This document shows, piece after piece, positions 63,201-64,000 of a stretch of 64,000 nucleotides of DNA. Source of the stretch: Octopus bimaculoides (lineage: Eukaryota); the NCBI RefSeq assembly GCF_001194135.2, contig NC_068984.1, forward strand, positions 37,152,828 to 37,216,827, read 5' to 3'. Each line of letters starts with the position of its first letter. Position 1 is the stretch's first letter. The notes beneath the pieces are model-generated. The model made no database searches, had not been told where the DNA came from, and saw nothing but the letters and a program-made list of their open reading frames with translations. Both the position numbers and the translations under genes were made by a program.

Positions 63201-64000
63201 ATACATGCAGTATTTGAAGGACTCTAGTATCTCTTCGATGGCTGTTATTAATATTTTTGCTGTTTAGTCCCAGAACAGTCTTGACCGAGAAAACTTATGA
63301 TCATCCGTTGCGACTGAACTCGGATTATCTTGCCTTTTCTCGCAGGTAAAACAATTTCTTGCATTATTTTTTAAAAGACAGCAGAGTATGATTTGAGGAA
63401 CATTTGATTGTTTCTTCTCTCAGTTCAAGCAGAGATTCTATCTATGGTTCGTACTATGTCTAACATGCTTGTTTTGAGGTGTAGTATATTTCTGACTTCA
63501 ATGTCTAAAGTTACCTTCTTTGTCTGAGATGCTAATATGAGAGAAAATTAGCTGTTATTTCTAGAAGGTTGTTCGACCACGTAGAAACATTCTCATAGGT
63601 CCGTTGCTTTTAAGGATTCATGTAAGGCTTAATGTATTAGTTTTACTTGAATACTTTTACATTTTGTCTGTGCTTCAACTTGTAATATACCTCTTTACTT
63701 TCTTTCTGGTTGTTTTCTCGTTCCTGTTTCTTTTCCGTATTTTATTCACACTCTCTTCTCCATCTTATTGAGTTTTTTTTTTTATTCCTTTACTCTGGTT
63801 GTATTCCATTCTTATTCAATTACATTCATTTTATTCTCTTTACTCTACAGTGAGTTCACACTTCTTTCGGTTGTTTTCTATTTAAGACTCACCCAATTCC
63901 TTTCTATCTGACTCTTTTTCCTTCCTACCCAGTATTCCACCAATCACACGCACATCCTTCGTTTCTCTTTCTCTTTCTCCATCATACAGACACACACACG

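Noticed and set aside
63330-63352. polyY-CAG|GTAAAA, a possible recursive splice site
   Set aside because: Donor is suboptimal and no plus-strand host gene is established

Overview
AT-rich, microsatellite-saturated eukaryotic scaffold with about 15 N-gaps. The SINE and LINE families look like those of octopod cephalopods (Octopus-like; inferred from memory of these repeats, not a database hit). No complete protein-coding gene, rRNA, true tRNA or CRISPR array is recognisable. Most of the supportable content is decayed mobile DNA: at least six R4/Dong-type (RLE-endonuclease) LINE fragments, mostly attached to (TAA)n tracts; RTE and CR1 LINE fragments, one RTE carrying at least three C-terminal C2H2 fingers; several mariner/Tc1/maT relics; hAT, Tc1 and Harbinger-like MITEs; and tRNA-derived SINEs. 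The main signal not explained by the ORF track is a set of type I hammerhead-ribozyme motifs (stem I - CUGANGA - stem II - GAAAC-palindromic loop-GUH - stem I) in several unrelated small repeat families. These occur as terminally redundant or inverted/permuted units, resembling Penelope pseudo-LTRs or non-LTR retrozymes. Best examples: 9545-9632, 34893-34967, 57559-57646 (minus) and 59425-59471. Also notable are a GC-rich foldback cassette with long AT-rich TIRs (33608-34040), a TATA+Inr promoter module upstream of a hammerhead-like repeat (48381-49204), and scattered splice-bounded minus-strand open segments that may belong to an unidentified long-intron host gene (low confidence).
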